From an uncultured Chitinophagaceae bacterium (GTDB lineage Bacteria; Bacteroidota; Ignavibacteria; UBA10030; UBA8401), in assembly GCA_964355925.1 (NCBI GenBank), contig CAYHFN010000012.1, positions 11,949 through 75,948 of the forward strand: DNA of 64,000 nucleotides, in the 5' to 3' direction. The notes below the pieces were generated by a model that saw only the letters and a list, made by a program, of their open reading frames with translations, ran no database searches and was not told where the DNA came from. Within the stretch, counting starts at the first letter, position 1. The number at the start of each line of letters is the position of its first letter. The position numbers and the translations under genes are program-made. Positions 1 to 9,673 of this stretch are shown here, piece by piece.

Positions 1-1
1 G

Positions 2-139
2 TCTTCAAAATATATAGTTGCAATCAATAAGGATAAAGATGCACCGATCTTCTCTGTTGCCGATTATGGAATTGTTGGCGATGCATTTGATGTTGTTCCG
101 GCAATAACCTCAGAAATAAAGAAGCTGCAAAGTAAGTGA
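2..139 (+). CDS. etfA: electron transfer flavoprotein alpha subunit, C-terminal fragment (5' end outside window)
   Basis: Frame 2 reads [45 protein letters not shown]-stop, which matches the conserved EtfA C-terminus ([20 protein letters not shown]). It is absent from the ORF track because there is no start codon in the window. Confidence 0.7.
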   Translation, partial: SSKYIVAINKDKDAPIFSVADYGIVGDAFDVVPAITSEIKKLQSK

Positions 140-204
140 TTTCTCGTATTGCGGGTTGTCGGGAAAAATGATATACTCGGTAAAGAAGAACAAGGAGAAT
201 ATTT

Positions 205-789
205 GTGGAGAAAGTACAAGTTGACATACTCGGATTATCGACAAGTCCTTCGAGTGCCGGTGCGTATGCTCTGATCTTGAAAGAGACAAACGGTAAACGA
301 AAATTGCCGATCATTATAGGTGCGTTCGAAGCGCAGTCCATTGCACTTGAATTGGAGGGAATGAAACCACCTCGTCCTCTGACGCACGACTTAATGCGCA
401 ATATCATCGATCTATTTGCCGTATCGCTGAACGAAGTATGTATCAGCGAACTGCGGGATGGAACATTCTATGCAAAGTTGACGATTGAAGGATTAAGTGA
501 AACACAGGAAGTCGATTCGCGTCCGAGTGATGCTATAGCTCTTGCTGTTCGGTATGGTGCACCAATTTATGTGGGAGAAGAAGTATTGAATGAAGCAGGT
601 ATTGTTTCCGAAGATGATGATGAGACAGACGAAACAATGACCAAGGAAGAAATCACGCAGATAAAAAAACCGCTGACGAAACTTGAACAACTTCAGACTT
701 CCTTGAAAGAAGCAGTTGAAAAAGAAGATTACGAAAAAGCCGCTAAACTCCGGGATGATATCAGGAAGATGGGAATTAGTGAACAGTGA
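205..789 (+). CDS. bifunctional nuclease (BFN/DUF151) with C-terminal UVR motif
   Basis: GTG start. The core (VDILGL..AYALILKE..RKLPIIIG..EAQSIA..RPLTHDL..DGTFYAKL..SRPSDAIALAVR..PIYV) is typical of DUF151 nucleases. The C-terminal EDYEKAAKLRDDIRKM is a UvrB/UvrC-type motif. Confidence 0.75.
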   Translation: MEKVQVDILGLSTSPSSAGAYALILKETNGKRKLPIIIGAFEAQSIALELEGMKPPRPLTHDLMRNIIDLFAVSLNEVCISELRDGTFYAKLTIEGLSETQEVDSRPSDAIALAVRYGAPIYVGEEVLNEAGIVSEDDDETDETMTKEEITQIKKPLTKLEQLQTSLKEAVEKEDYEKAAKLRDDIRKMGISEQ

Positions 790-793
790 AATT

Positions 794-817
794 AAAAAAC
801 CGCGAAAGCGGTTTTTT
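794..817. terminator. bidirectional rho-independent terminator between convergent BFN and pdxJ genes
   Basis: aaaaaaccgc-gaaa-gcggtttttt forms a GC-cored stem with a GAAA loop, flanked by an A-run on one side and a T-run on the other. Confidence 0.6.
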
Positions 818-876
818 AATTATCGTGTGAAACCTTGCGAAGGTTTTATGAAAAGTATAATCAGCCTTCACAAGGT

Positions 877-1587
877 TTATTTTACCAGCGCGATCATTTC
901 TTTTACTGCGCACTCAAGTCCAACGAATGCGGCTCGTGATATGATCGAATGTCCGATGCTCATTTCATCGATCTGTGTAATTGCTGCAACTGAAGATACA
1001 TTCTTGTAATTCAATCCGTGACCTGCATTTACCTCAAGCCCGATACGTTTGCCGTATTCAGCGGCGAAAAAAATCTCTTTCAACAACCGCTGCAGTTCTT
1101 GTTCTTCTGTTGCTTCTGCATATTCTCCAGTGTGAAGTTCTATCATATCGGATCCGATTTCTTTCGATGCTTCGATCTGTGCAATAACGGGATCGACAAA
1201 TAAACTGACAGGAATTTTTTTCGCACGAAATATCTCAATGACGTTCTTTAACTTTTCTTTTTGCGCAACAACATCAAGCCCTCCCTCGGTGGTCAATTCC
1301 TGACGTTTTTCTGGAACAAGCGTGATCAGATCGGGAACGATATCCAAAGCGATTGCTACAATTTCATCCGAAGCTCCCATTTCAAGATCTAGTTTTGTTG
1401 TGACCATTTCGCGTAATTTCCACACATCATGGTCTTTAATGTGTCTTCGATCTTCGCGCAGATGAACGACAATTCCATCAGCACCAGCGCGTTCACATAT
1501 TATCGCAGCTGCAACCGGATCAGGTTCAGTTCCGCCGCGTGCATTTCTAAGCGTGGCGATATGGTCAATATTGATGCACAGTCTCAT
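877..1587 (-). CDS. pdxJ: pyridoxine 5'-phosphate synthase
   Basis: 236 aa. INIDHIATLRNARGG.EPDP, HLREDRRHI, ELHTG and NAGHGL are hallmark PdxJ segments. Confidence 0.9.
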   Translation of the reverse strand: MRLCINIDHIATLRNARGGTEPDPVAAAIICERAGADGIVVHLREDRRHIKDHDVWKLREMVTTKLDLEMGASDEIVAIALDIVPDLITLVPEKRQELTTEGGLDVVAQKEKLKNVIEIFRAKKIPVSLFVDPVIAQIEASKEIGSDMIELHTGEYAEATEEQELQRLLKEIFFAAEYGKRIGLEVNAGHGLNYKNVSSVAAITQIDEMSIGHSIISRAAFVGLECAVKEMIALVK

Positions 1588-1701
1588 AGATTCTTCAAAA
1601 ATTACAAAATTTCATCGATTATTCAAAGGAATTGATGTTGGTATGTCGTAACTTTTTCGTTGTGGAGTCGTAAAAAATATGATCTTTTATCCGGAGGAAT
1701 T

Positions 1702-3366
1702 ATGAAACATTTCACTACTCTCTTTTTTTCTGTTCTGTTCTGTATTTCAATATCAAGCGCTCAGAATAATGATGATTCATCTATTGACGATACGTCAGAC
1801 CGTTTTGATCGAACTGCAAATGATATAGAAAATTTTGTTGAAAGTTTGGTCGACAAGATTGAATCGCAGGTTGAACGGATGGCGGAAGAACGTTCGCAGC
1901 GTGTTGATTACGGAAATGAGGATCAACAAGAAAAGTCAAAAACAAAAATTCCATCCGATGCGATCACATTTAACGGTGATACGGAAATTAATGAAAAGGA
2001 CACAATTCAAGGGGATCTTGTTGTGAAAAACGGAATGTTAACTGTCCGGGGAATTGTTGACGGTGACGTGCTGGTAGTGAATGGCGATGTTGAATTAAAG
2101 AGCACGTCGCATGTGAACGGAAATGTCCGAACAATGAATGGTTCAATCATTAAAAATGAAGGGGCATTTGTAAAAGGATACACTGAACAATCATCGAACT
2201 CAACTTCCAAAAATAACAAAAAAAAGAACACCTATCGAACCAAATATTCGTATTCATTTAAACCCTACTTCTGGAACAGGGAGAATGTTTTTGATGATAG
2301 TTTTCTCTTTCGATACAATCGGGTTGAAGGATTTTTCTTCGGATTCGGATCAGAAAAAAAATTCTATTGGGATGGAAGCAAAGCGGTTTCCGGCTTCGGT
2401 TCATTCGGATATGGTTTTGCCTCGCATAAATGGCGGTTGCAATTAGGACTCGACCGTCAATTTGCCGCATCGAGTGCTTCGTTGTATGAAATTGGAGCAG
2501 AGGCACATAGTTTAACAGACACAAAAGATGAATGGATCATGAATCTTGGGGAGAATAATTTAGCGGCATTATTCTTTCGTCAAGATTTCCGTGATTATTA
2601 CCAGCGCGAAGGTTTTTCTGCGCATTCAGCATGGTATACAAAAGATGGTGATGTGACGTCAATGATCGACATTCGTTTTTTGAATGACCGGTATGTATCA
2701 ATGAACAATGAAGCGAATTGGGCAGTGTTTGGTGGAAATATTTTTCGGAGCAATCCTGCGGTGAATACCGGGATAATGAAAAGTGTCGCGTTCAGTGCCG
2801 GATTTAGCACCGTTGAAAAATATCGGTATCGTTCAGAAGGATGGAATGTATTTGCTCGAGCAGAATACGGAGGCCGTTCACTTGGGGGTGATTTTGATTT
2901 CACACAAACAATTGTCGATTTACGACGATTTCAACCGCTTTGGGATGATAATCAGATCAACGTACGAGTTCGTGCAGGTGCTTTGGAAGGTGCCCCAATC
3001 TTTCAAAAGTCTTTCGAGTTGGGCGGAGCAAACACGCTTCCGGCTTTTGGTTTCAAAGAGTTTATCGGTAATAGGTTGATACTTGCGAACTTAGAATATC
3101 AATTAAGCGGAGAAGTTATTGATGAAATTTTTTTCTGGCCGAACAGTTTAAATATTATTGCCTTCGGAGATGCGGGTACCGTCAGCACTGTAAAGACACG
3201 TTTAGCCGTTTACGAAGGATTCAACACCATTACATCAAATCAAATAAAATCCGATCTTGGATTTGCTTTAGCCTGGCATGATGGTGATGCACGGTTAGGC
3301 TTTGCATGGAGAACCGATAAAAGTGCACCGGTCTCAATTTTTTTCCGCCTCAACAGAGCATTTTAA
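1702..3366 (+). CDS. outer-membrane Omp85/surface-antigen-type beta-barrel protein with N-terminal bactofilin-like (polymer-forming) repeat region
   Basis: I chose the ATG at 1702, preceded by ggagga, because it gives the signal peptide MKHFTTLFFSVLFCISISSAQ. The G-D-V/I-rich beta-helix-like repeats (GDLVVKNGMLTVRGIVDGDVLVVNGDVELKS..VNGNVRT.NGSI) are followed by an S/N/K linker. The C-terminal part shows a barrel pattern (NRVEGFFFGFG, LGGANTLPAFGF, LANLEYQL, terminal F). Confidence 0.6.
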   Translation: MKHFTTLFFSVLFCISISSAQNNDDSSIDDTSDRFDRTANDIENFVESLVDKIESQVERMAEERSQRVDYGNEDQQEKSKTKIPSDAITFNGDTEINEKDTIQGDLVVKNGMLTVRGIVDGDVLVVNGDVELKSTSHVNGNVRTMNGSIIKNEGAFVKGYTEQSSNSTSKNNKKKNTYRTKYSYSFKPYFWNRENVFDDSFLFRYNRVEGFFFGFGSEKKFYWDGSKAVSGFGSFGYGFASHKWRLQLGLDRQFAASSASLYEIGAEAHSLTDTKDEWIMNLGENNLAALFFRQDFRDYYQREGFSAHSAWYTKDGDVTSMIDIRFLNDRYVSMNNEANWAVFGGNIFRSNPAVNTGIMKSVAFSAGFSTVEKYRYRSEGWNVFARAEYGGRSLGGDFDFTQTIVDLRRFQPLWDDNQINVRVRAGALEGAPIFQKSFELGGANTLPAFGFKEFIGNRLILANLEYQLSGEVIDEIFFWPNSLNIIAFGDAGTVSTVKTRLAVYEGFNTITSNQIKSDLGFALAWHDGDARLGFAWRTDKSAPVSIFFRLNRAF

Positions 3367-3385
3367 ATTTATCGACACTTTCAAT

Positions 3386-3418
3386 AAAAAAACCTTCGAG
3401 TTTTTCGAAGGTTTTTTT
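3386..3418. terminator. bidirectional rho-independent terminator
   Basis: aaccttcga-gtttt-tcgaaggtt forms a 9-bp stem at 3391-3413, flanked by an A-run and a T-run, between convergent genes. Confidence 0.6.
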
Positions 3419-4334
3419 ATTTTCTCATCACATACTGAATCTTATTCGGATTCAACTGCACAATCTTCACATTATCCGGTCCGACAATACTTGGACTGAT
3501 CATTCCGCTTGTATCAAGGAGAATTGATTTGTAATCGATAAATGCCGAGAAATCTTTTTCCGAAAGCGGGGTAATAATGTTCACACCGGAACGAACAATG
3601 ATGGTAATCTTGGGCGGTATTAAGACGATTTTTTTATTCTCTGGTATCTGCACAATTTCGATCGATATATCTGAAATTGTTTTTTCTGCAATCGGTTGAA
3701 CATCGAATGATATTGACGCTGTAGAATGTGACCTCGCTATCTCGAATGAAAGAGAATCTGCCAGCGCAGCAATTGTTTTGACGGGCGAATTAATGTCGTT
3801 CAATATAATATTGTTCGTTTTCCAGAATAATATTTTTTTCAATAATGATCGAGCACCGGTGATTTCTATGCTGTCGGGATATGTTTTTACTTTCCCAACC
3901 AAACCAAATCCTTCGTGGAATGAGGCATTAACCATCGGCAGAATTGGAACTGTTTTTGTTGTTTTAAGATCTAGCCGAACAAGAACGGTTTCAGGGAATA
4001 TTTCGATAATATTGATAGAACTTGAGATATTAGCACGCTCATTCAATTCTTTGTAGGTAAAAAGGGTATCCTTTTTTGTCAATTGTTTAAAATCGATGGT
4101 ATATCGAAGAGATGGAGAGAAGATAGTATTCAATATCTGCCAACCTGTTCCCTGTACGGTACAATGAACACTTTTTGGAAGTGGAATGGCGATCGCCTGA
4201 TCTGCCCTGAGATGTTCAATCTTTACGGGAACATCAATTGCTATCTGAAATTGATTTCCAAGATTGACGGATGCCCAAACAAGGAAAGCGAAAATCAACG
4301 AAAAAAATATAACTGGAAATTTGCGTTCTTTCAT
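3417..4334 (-). CDS. YbbR-like domain-containing protein
   Basis: I chose the start at MKERKFPVIFFSLIFAFLVWA, which gives a single N-terminal TM helix. This is followed by repeated beta-rich modules with the YbbR-repeat style. No cdaA gene is adjacent. Confidence 0.6.
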   Translation of the reverse strand: MKERKFPVIFFSLIFAFLVWASVNLGNQFQIAIDVPVKIEHLRADQAIAIPLPKSVHCTVQGTGWQILNTIFSPSLRYTIDFKQLTKKDTLFTYKELNERANISSSINIIEIFPETVLVRLDLKTTKTVPILPMVNASFHEGFGLVGKVKTYPDSIEITGARSLLKKILFWKTNNIILNDINSPVKTIAALADSLSFEIARSHSTASISFDVQPIAEKTISDISIEIVQIPENKKIVLIPPKITIIVRSGVNIITPLSEKDFSAFIDYKSILLDTSGMISPSIVGPDNVKIVQLNPNKIQYVMRK

Positions 4335-4458
4335 TGAAAAATATAATGATGAACAGAGCAAGAGTCAACAAAGCAGATGTTTTTATTTTTGTAACTCTCG
4401 CGATTTTATCCTATTTTCATTCTAATAATATTCATTTCTTAAACGAAACCGACGAATT

Positions 4459-6972
4459 ATGGCAACTCTTAAAAAAGAAAAGTCTCTAAAACAATCGCAA
4501 GAGTCAACGATCATTCCGCTGAAATATCAACATATTGCTGCGGTCGTTCTCATTTTCCTCTCACTTGTTGTTTTTTTCAGTGAACTTGTCTTTGAAGGTA
4601 AAGTTTTTGTTGCGGCTGACACCATTGCTTCAAAAAGTTTTGAAACATTGATTGATGATGCAGCCAAAGAAAACACCGTTCCTTTGTGGAATCCATATAT
4701 CTTTTGCGGTATGCCGGGAGTTGGAAGTATGATGGTGCATGGTGATCGAATATATGATTTCTCTGCATATCTTCTTGGTCGGGGTCAGATATTATTTGGG
4801 ATCGTTGTCAATAATTCTGATGTCGGTTGGCAGTTATTTTATTATTTCATTCTTGGAACGGGCGTTTATTTCTTTGTTTGGCATAAAGTGAAGAACAAAA
4901 TTGCTGCCGTTATCAGCGGACTTGCAGTAATGCATTCAACATTTATTATAATTTTAGTGATGGTTGGGCACATGACAAAGGTGCCGGTGATCGCATTTTT
5001 TCCTTGGATATTTTTGGCGGTTGAATATCTTAGAGAAAAATTCTCAATTTGGTCGTCACTCGCTTTGGTTGTTCTTATTCACTTTCTGCTGTTGCCAGGT
5101 CATATTCAAATGATCTTCTATGTATACTTTGCTCTCGGAGTATATTATCTCTTCTTCTTGATTCGAGCGCTCATTACAAAAGAAGATTGGAAAGGGATAC
5201 TTCGTTCCGGAAGCATCCTAGCGGTTGCATCAGGTCTTGCCTTTGCCATGACGGGCGATCAATATCTTGCCACACTTGAATATTCAAAATATTCTATGCG
5301 TGGAGCCGATCCGATTGTTCGTTCTCAACAAGCCCAGGAAAAAGGGGCTTCCAACGGTGGATTGGATTATGAGTATGCAACTCAATGGTCGTTTTCTCCA
5401 GGTGAAATGTTGACCTTTGTTATTCCTTCCGCTTATGGTTTTGGGGTGAGTGTTCCGTACCAAGGTCCCGAAACAAATAATCAAGCAGCAAAACTTCCGT
5501 TGTATTTTGGTCCGCAACCGTGGACCGACGCCCCGCAATTTATGGGAGTGATCATCGTAGTTCTTGCAGGAATAGGATTCTGGCGAAAAAGGAGAGATCC
5601 ATTTGTTCAATATTCGGGAATATTGGTTTTGGTATCATTGTTAGTTTCATTTGGGAAAGAATTCCCATTGGTTTACGATCTGATGTTCAATTATTTTCCA
5701 ATGTTCAATAAGTTTCGTATTCCATCCATGATGCTCATTTTGGTTCAAATGATTGTTCCTATGGTTGCCGGGTATGGCGTTGTAAGTTTGATGAGGACAG
5801 AAGAAAACAATGCACCCCGCGTTCGTAAATACTTTGAGTATTCATTGATTGGACTTGGAGTATTATTGGTGATCTCACTTGTTGCAAAAAATTTGTTGCT
5901 CTCTGTTTACGAAATATTTGTTCCGAACGCCGAACAACTACTTGGTGTAAAATTTGGAAACAACGCACCTGTTGTCTATAAAATTGTTACCGGAATGATT
6001 TCGAATGAAATTACTGTTGGGCTTCTCTTAATGCTTGTTGTGCTTGGAGGATTTTACCTTTATCAAAAACAGAAAATAAAATTGGCTCCGCTCACCATTG
6101 GATTGATTGTTGTTGTTCTTTTTGATCTATGGCGCGTTAACTTTAAGCCAATGGAAATGCATCCCCGAACCAAAACTACTGAAGCATTCTCAACACCCGA
6201 GTATATCAAATATTTGCAAAACGATACCACGCAATACCGTACACTATTGATTGAAAATGGGCAGCCTACGTATGATAATACATTTGCTTATTATCGGATA
6301 CAAAGTGCGTACGGATATTCTGGAACAAAAATGCGACAGATCCAGGATACATATGATGTTGCTGGTATCGGAAACCCTCTTCTATGGGGATTAATGAATG
6401 TAAAATACATCATTTCGGATCGTCCTGATTCCAATCAAGTTCTTATGCCGGTATTTCGAGGAGAAAAAGCGGTAATGTACAATCGTACCGTACTTCCCAG
6501 GGTATTCTTCGTTAATAGATATGAAGTAAAAGAGGGATTACAAATTCTTCAAAACATAAAGGAGATGAATTTTATACCCACCGACGTTGCTTACGTAATG
6601 AATGATATCGGAAAAAAAATTGATGTACCTCAAACAGGAAGTGAGGTTCGCTATACGCATTTTGGTATTCATGATATAACTCTTCACGCCAATGCCACCG
6701 GCAACAATCTTCTCTTTTTGAGTGAAGCGTGGTATCCCGAAGGATGGAAGGCATATATTGACGGAAACGAGACACCGATCTATCGGTTGAACTATATGTT
6801 TAGAGGTGTTATTGTGCCACAGGGAGAACACACTATCACAATGAAATTTACATCGTCGGCATTCTCACTTGGCAAACAGTTGAGTTTATGGATCAATATT
6901 CTTGTGTTAGTAGGGATTGGATATTTTGTAGTTGTATGGTTAAAATCTTCAAAATTTAAACAAAACGGATAA
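4459..6972 (+). CDS. YfhO-family / GT-C-like polytopic membrane protein (putative membrane glycosyltransferase)
   Basis: 837 aa with many TM helices over about 560 aa, a late TM helix and a soluble C-terminal region. The style resembles YfhO family proteins. It is the first gene of the polysaccharide locus. Confidence 0.65.
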   Translation: MATLKKEKSLKQSQESTIIPLKYQHIAAVVLIFLSLVVFFSELVFEGKVFVAADTIASKSFETLIDDAAKENTVPLWNPYIFCGMPGVGSMMVHGDRIYDFSAYLLGRGQILFGIVVNNSDVGWQLFYYFILGTGVYFFVWHKVKNKIAAVISGLAVMHSTFIIILVMVGHMTKVPVIAFFPWIFLAVEYLREKFSIWSSLALVVLIHFLLLPGHIQMIFYVYFALGVYYLFFLIRALITKEDWKGILRSGSILAVASGLAFAMTGDQYLATLEYSKYSMRGADPIVRSQQAQEKGASNGGLDYEYATQWSFSPGEMLTFVIPSAYGFGVSVPYQGPETNNQAAKLPLYFGPQPWTDAPQFMGVIIVVLAGIGFWRKRRDPFVQYSGILVLVSLLVSFGKEFPLVYDLMFNYFPMFNKFRIPSMMLILVQMIVPMVAGYGVVSLMRTEENNAPRVRKYFEYSLIGLGVLLVISLVAKNLLLSVYEIFVPNAEQLLGVKFGNNAPVVYKIVTGMISNEITVGLLLMLVVLGGFYLYQKQKIKLAPLTIGLIVVVLFDLWRVNFKPMEMHPRTKTTEAFSTPEYIKYLQNDTTQYRTLLIENGQPTYDNTFAYYRIQSAYGYSGTKMRQIQDTYDVAGIGNPLLWGLMNVKYIISDRPDSNQVLMPVFRGEKAVMYNRTVLPRVFFVNRYEVKEGLQILQNIKEMNFIPTDVAYVMNDIGKKIDVPQTGSEVRYTHFGIHDITLHANATGNNLLFLSEAWYPEGWKAYIDGNETPIYRLNYMFRGVIVPQGEHTITMKFTSSAFSLGKQLSLWINILVLVGIGYFVVVWLKSSKFKQNG

Positions 6973-7001
6973 ACGCTAAATATTTTAATACGACTCTCCT
7001 T

Positions 7002-7889
7002 ATGTTAACAACGATTTACAGAAATCTAATACCGCTTTCCATCAGAGAAAGTATTTATGAACTATTCTTGGGAAACGTGCTTTATTTTTTCCGTAATCTT
7101 CCAGTTATTGTCCGTAGTAAAATTGTTCATTATTTCTATTGGCTTTTACCGAAAACTGAATTAAATAAAGCATATAATTTCATGGGAAAGTATGGTCTTA
7201 CATCGTATCCCTATGAGTATATGCTTGAATATAAAATGAAAGATATCCAAGTATTTCTTGATCCTCAAAACATGCTTCCTTTTGTTCTTCACAATGATCA
7301 GAAATTATATTTCCGTAAATCTTCTAGTCTCGACGTTGTTAAAAATGATTATCGTGCGCTTATTACAGAACAAGATCCACGTTCTGCGCATCGATATGTT
7401 CACTCTTATTCTGACCTCAGCCACAGAATATTATTGGATGTTGGTTCAGCAGAAGGAATATTTTCGTTGGACTGTATAAATTATGTTGATCACGTTTATC
7501 TTTTTGAGTATGATAATGATTGGATACTTCCATTACAGGCAACATTTTACCCTTGGGCACACAAAGTTTCCATCATAAAAAAATTCGTTGGAGATGTAAC
7601 ATCAAATTCTCAGATAACTATTGATGATTTTCTCTCTGATAAATCTAATAACAGCTTGTTCATTAAAATGGATATTGAAGGTGCTGAGAGACTTGCTTTA
7701 TCCGGTGCTTTGAAAACACTCAAAAACTCTAATAATATACAACTTGCAGTATGTGTATACCACCGAAGAGGTGATTCCGAGTTTATGGCAGATCTCATGA
7801 CCTCCTGTGGTTATCAAAACGAATTTACTCCCGGCCTGATGTATTGGGAAAAAAAATTCAGCAAAGGTGTGATTAGAAGCAGGAAATGA
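7002..7889 (+). CDS. FkbM-family methyltransferase
   Basis: LLDVGSAEGIFSLD is a SAM-binding motif I, and IKMDIEGAERLAL is the FkbM signature. Confidence 0.7.
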   Translation: MLTTIYRNLIPLSIRESIYELFLGNVLYFFRNLPVIVRSKIVHYFYWLLPKTELNKAYNFMGKYGLTSYPYEYMLEYKMKDIQVFLDPQNMLPFVLHNDQKLYFRKSSSLDVVKNDYRALITEQDPRSAHRYVHSYSDLSHRILLDVGSAEGIFSLDCINYVDHVYLFEYDNDWILPLQATFYPWAHKVSIIKKFVGDVTSNSQITIDDFLSDKSNNSLFIKMDIEGAERLALSGALKTLKNSNNIQLAVCVYHRRGDSEFMADLMTSCGYQNEFTPGLMYWEKKFSKGVIRSRK

Positions 7890-7896
7890 AATATTT

Positions 7897-8586
7897 ATGA
7901 TAAACCTAATTAATAAAATTCCAATTATACGATCGATTGTTAGAATATATATAAAAACTCAATTTGATAAAAAGTGGAGAAAAAATAATTTACACAATGA
8001 CACGGTTGTAGGAGAAAGGATGTTTCCAATAGAAAATGTATCTGTCGGAAAATGTAGTTATGGAATGCTTAATATCCAGAGTTTTTTCCCAAATGTTGAC
8101 GAACGATTAGAAATAGGAAATTATGTATCAATAGCTCCCGGTGCTCTCTTCATGTTGGGTGTTAATCATCAGACACAAACTTTAACGACATTTCCGCTTC
8201 ATACACGATTAATTGGACCGACCCCACTTGATGCGAACAGCAAGGGGCCGCTCATAATCGAGGATGAAGTTTGGATTGGAACAAATGCAATTCTATTTTC
8301 AGGTGTCACTGTTGGAAAAGGATCGATAGTAGCTGCCAATGCCGTTGTAACATCAAATGTTCCTCCGTACTCAATTGTTGGAGGAAATCCCGCCAAAATA
8401 ATCAGATACCGTTTTTCGGAAAAAATAATTTCAATACTCCTTCCCATTAAATTAGTTGATATAGAAACGAAATGGTTAAGAATGAACATTGATGAGATAT
8501 ATAAAAAAATTGAAACTGTTGAAGACGCGCTTCGAATTAGTAATATGATTAAAAACAATAAAAACAATGGAAATATCAAAAGCTAG
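7897..8586 (+). CDS. hexapeptide-repeat (left-handed beta-helix) O-acetyltransferase, CatB/Vat-like
   Basis: IGNYVSIAPG..., IEDEVWIGTNAILFSGVTVGKGSIVAANAVV and VPPYSIVGGNPAKIIRYRF are typical of this family. Confidence 0.75.
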   Translation: MINLINKIPIIRSIVRIYIKTQFDKKWRKNNLHNDTVVGERMFPIENVSVGKCSYGMLNIQSFFPNVDERLEIGNYVSIAPGALFMLGVNHQTQTLTTFPLHTRLIGPTPLDANSKGPLIIEDEVWIGTNAILFSGVTVGKGSIVAANAVVTSNVPPYSIVGGNPAKIIRYRFSEKIISILLPIKLVDIETKWLRMNIDEIYKKIETVEDALRISNMIKNNKNNGNIKS

Positions 8587-9673
8587 AATTATTGCCTCTT
8601 ATTTACCTCAGTTTCATCCAATTCCAGAAAATGATCTTTGGTGGGGAAAAGGATTTACTGAATGGACAAATGTTGGGAAAGCAAAACCATTGTTTAGAGG
8701 ACATTATCAGCCAAAAGTTCCAGCAGACTTAGGCTATTATGATTTGCGGTTGCCCGAAGTTCGTGTTGCACAAGCAGAACTTGCGCGAGAATATGGAGTT
8801 GAAGCTTTCTGTTACTGGCACTATTGGTTTGGTAATGGAAAGAGATTGTTAGAACGTCCTTTTAATGAAGTTTTACAATCTGGTAAACCTGATTTTCCAT
8901 TTTGTTTAGCGTGGGCGAATCATAGTTGGGAAGATAAACAATTTAATAAGGAAGGCTCCAATAAGTTACTTATCAAGCAAGAATATCCGGGAAAAGAAGA
9001 TCATGTACTTCACTTTAACACCGTTTTACCTGCCTTTAACGATAAACGATATGTGAGAGTTGATGATAAACCAATATTTCTTATCTATGATCCAATGGGA
9101 ATGCCGGATTTGTCTGAATTCATTAAAAATTGGCGTCAGTTAGCACAAAAAAACAATTTAACTGGAATTCATTTTGTTGCAAATACTCACATTGTTGATA
9201 AGATTGACGAATTCCTAAGCATAGGATTTGATGCTGTTAATTTAAACCGTTTATTCCATCCTATACATCAAGAGTTCTCAATTCCAGTCAGAATATATTC
9301 GAAAATAATGAGAATTATTTTCAAGCGAGGCCGTTTGTTAGATTACCAACGTCTTTCAAAATATTTTCACGGGAAAGAAGACTCTCTCATTCATGTGTAC
9401 CCAAGTATTTTCCCAAATTGGGATCACTCTCCTCGATCTGGTCGTGAGGGACATATTTATATTAATTCAACGCCGGAATCATTTAAAAAACATGTTAAGA
9501 ACACTCTCCAAAGTATTACTAATAAACCTGAACAGCAGCAGATAATTTTTTTGAAATCTTGGAATGAGTGGGCAGAAGGAAATTATATTGAACCAGATTT
9601 AAAATATGGAAGAAAATATTTAGAAGCATTGCACGAAGCGATTAATGAACACTCCTTTGAGGTACAGCGGTAA
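8567..9673 (+). CDS. WbsX-family (GH99-like) polysaccharide biosynthesis glycosyltransferase
   Basis: The N-terminus IIASYLPQFHPIPENDLWWGKGFTEWTNV and the later SWNEWAEGNYIEPD are characteristic of WbsX-like proteins. It overlaps the upstream gene by 20 nt. Confidence 0.7.
   Translation: MEISKARIIASYLPQFHPIPENDLWWGKGFTEWTNVGKAKPLFRGHYQPKVPADLGYYDLRLPEVRVAQAELAREYGVEAFCYWHYWFGNGKRLLERPFNEVLQSGKPDFPFCLAWANHSWEDKQFNKEGSNKLLIKQEYPGKEDHVLHFNTVLPAFNDKRYVRVDDKPIFLIYDPMGMPDLSEFIKNWRQLAQKNNLTGIHFVANTHIVDKIDEFLSIGFDAVNLNRLFHPIHQEFSIPVRIYSKIMRIIFKRGRLLDYQRLSKYFHGKEDSLIHVYPSIFPNWDHSPRSGREGHIYINSTPESFKKHVKNTLQSITNKPEQQQIIFLKSWNEWAEGNYIEPDLKYGRKYLEALHEAINEHSFEVQR

Noticed and set aside
716-1203. Small plus-strand ORFs (716-1009, 981-1187, 1018-1203)
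   Set aside because: They run through the bidirectional terminator or lie antisense to pdxJ, and none has a family resemblance.
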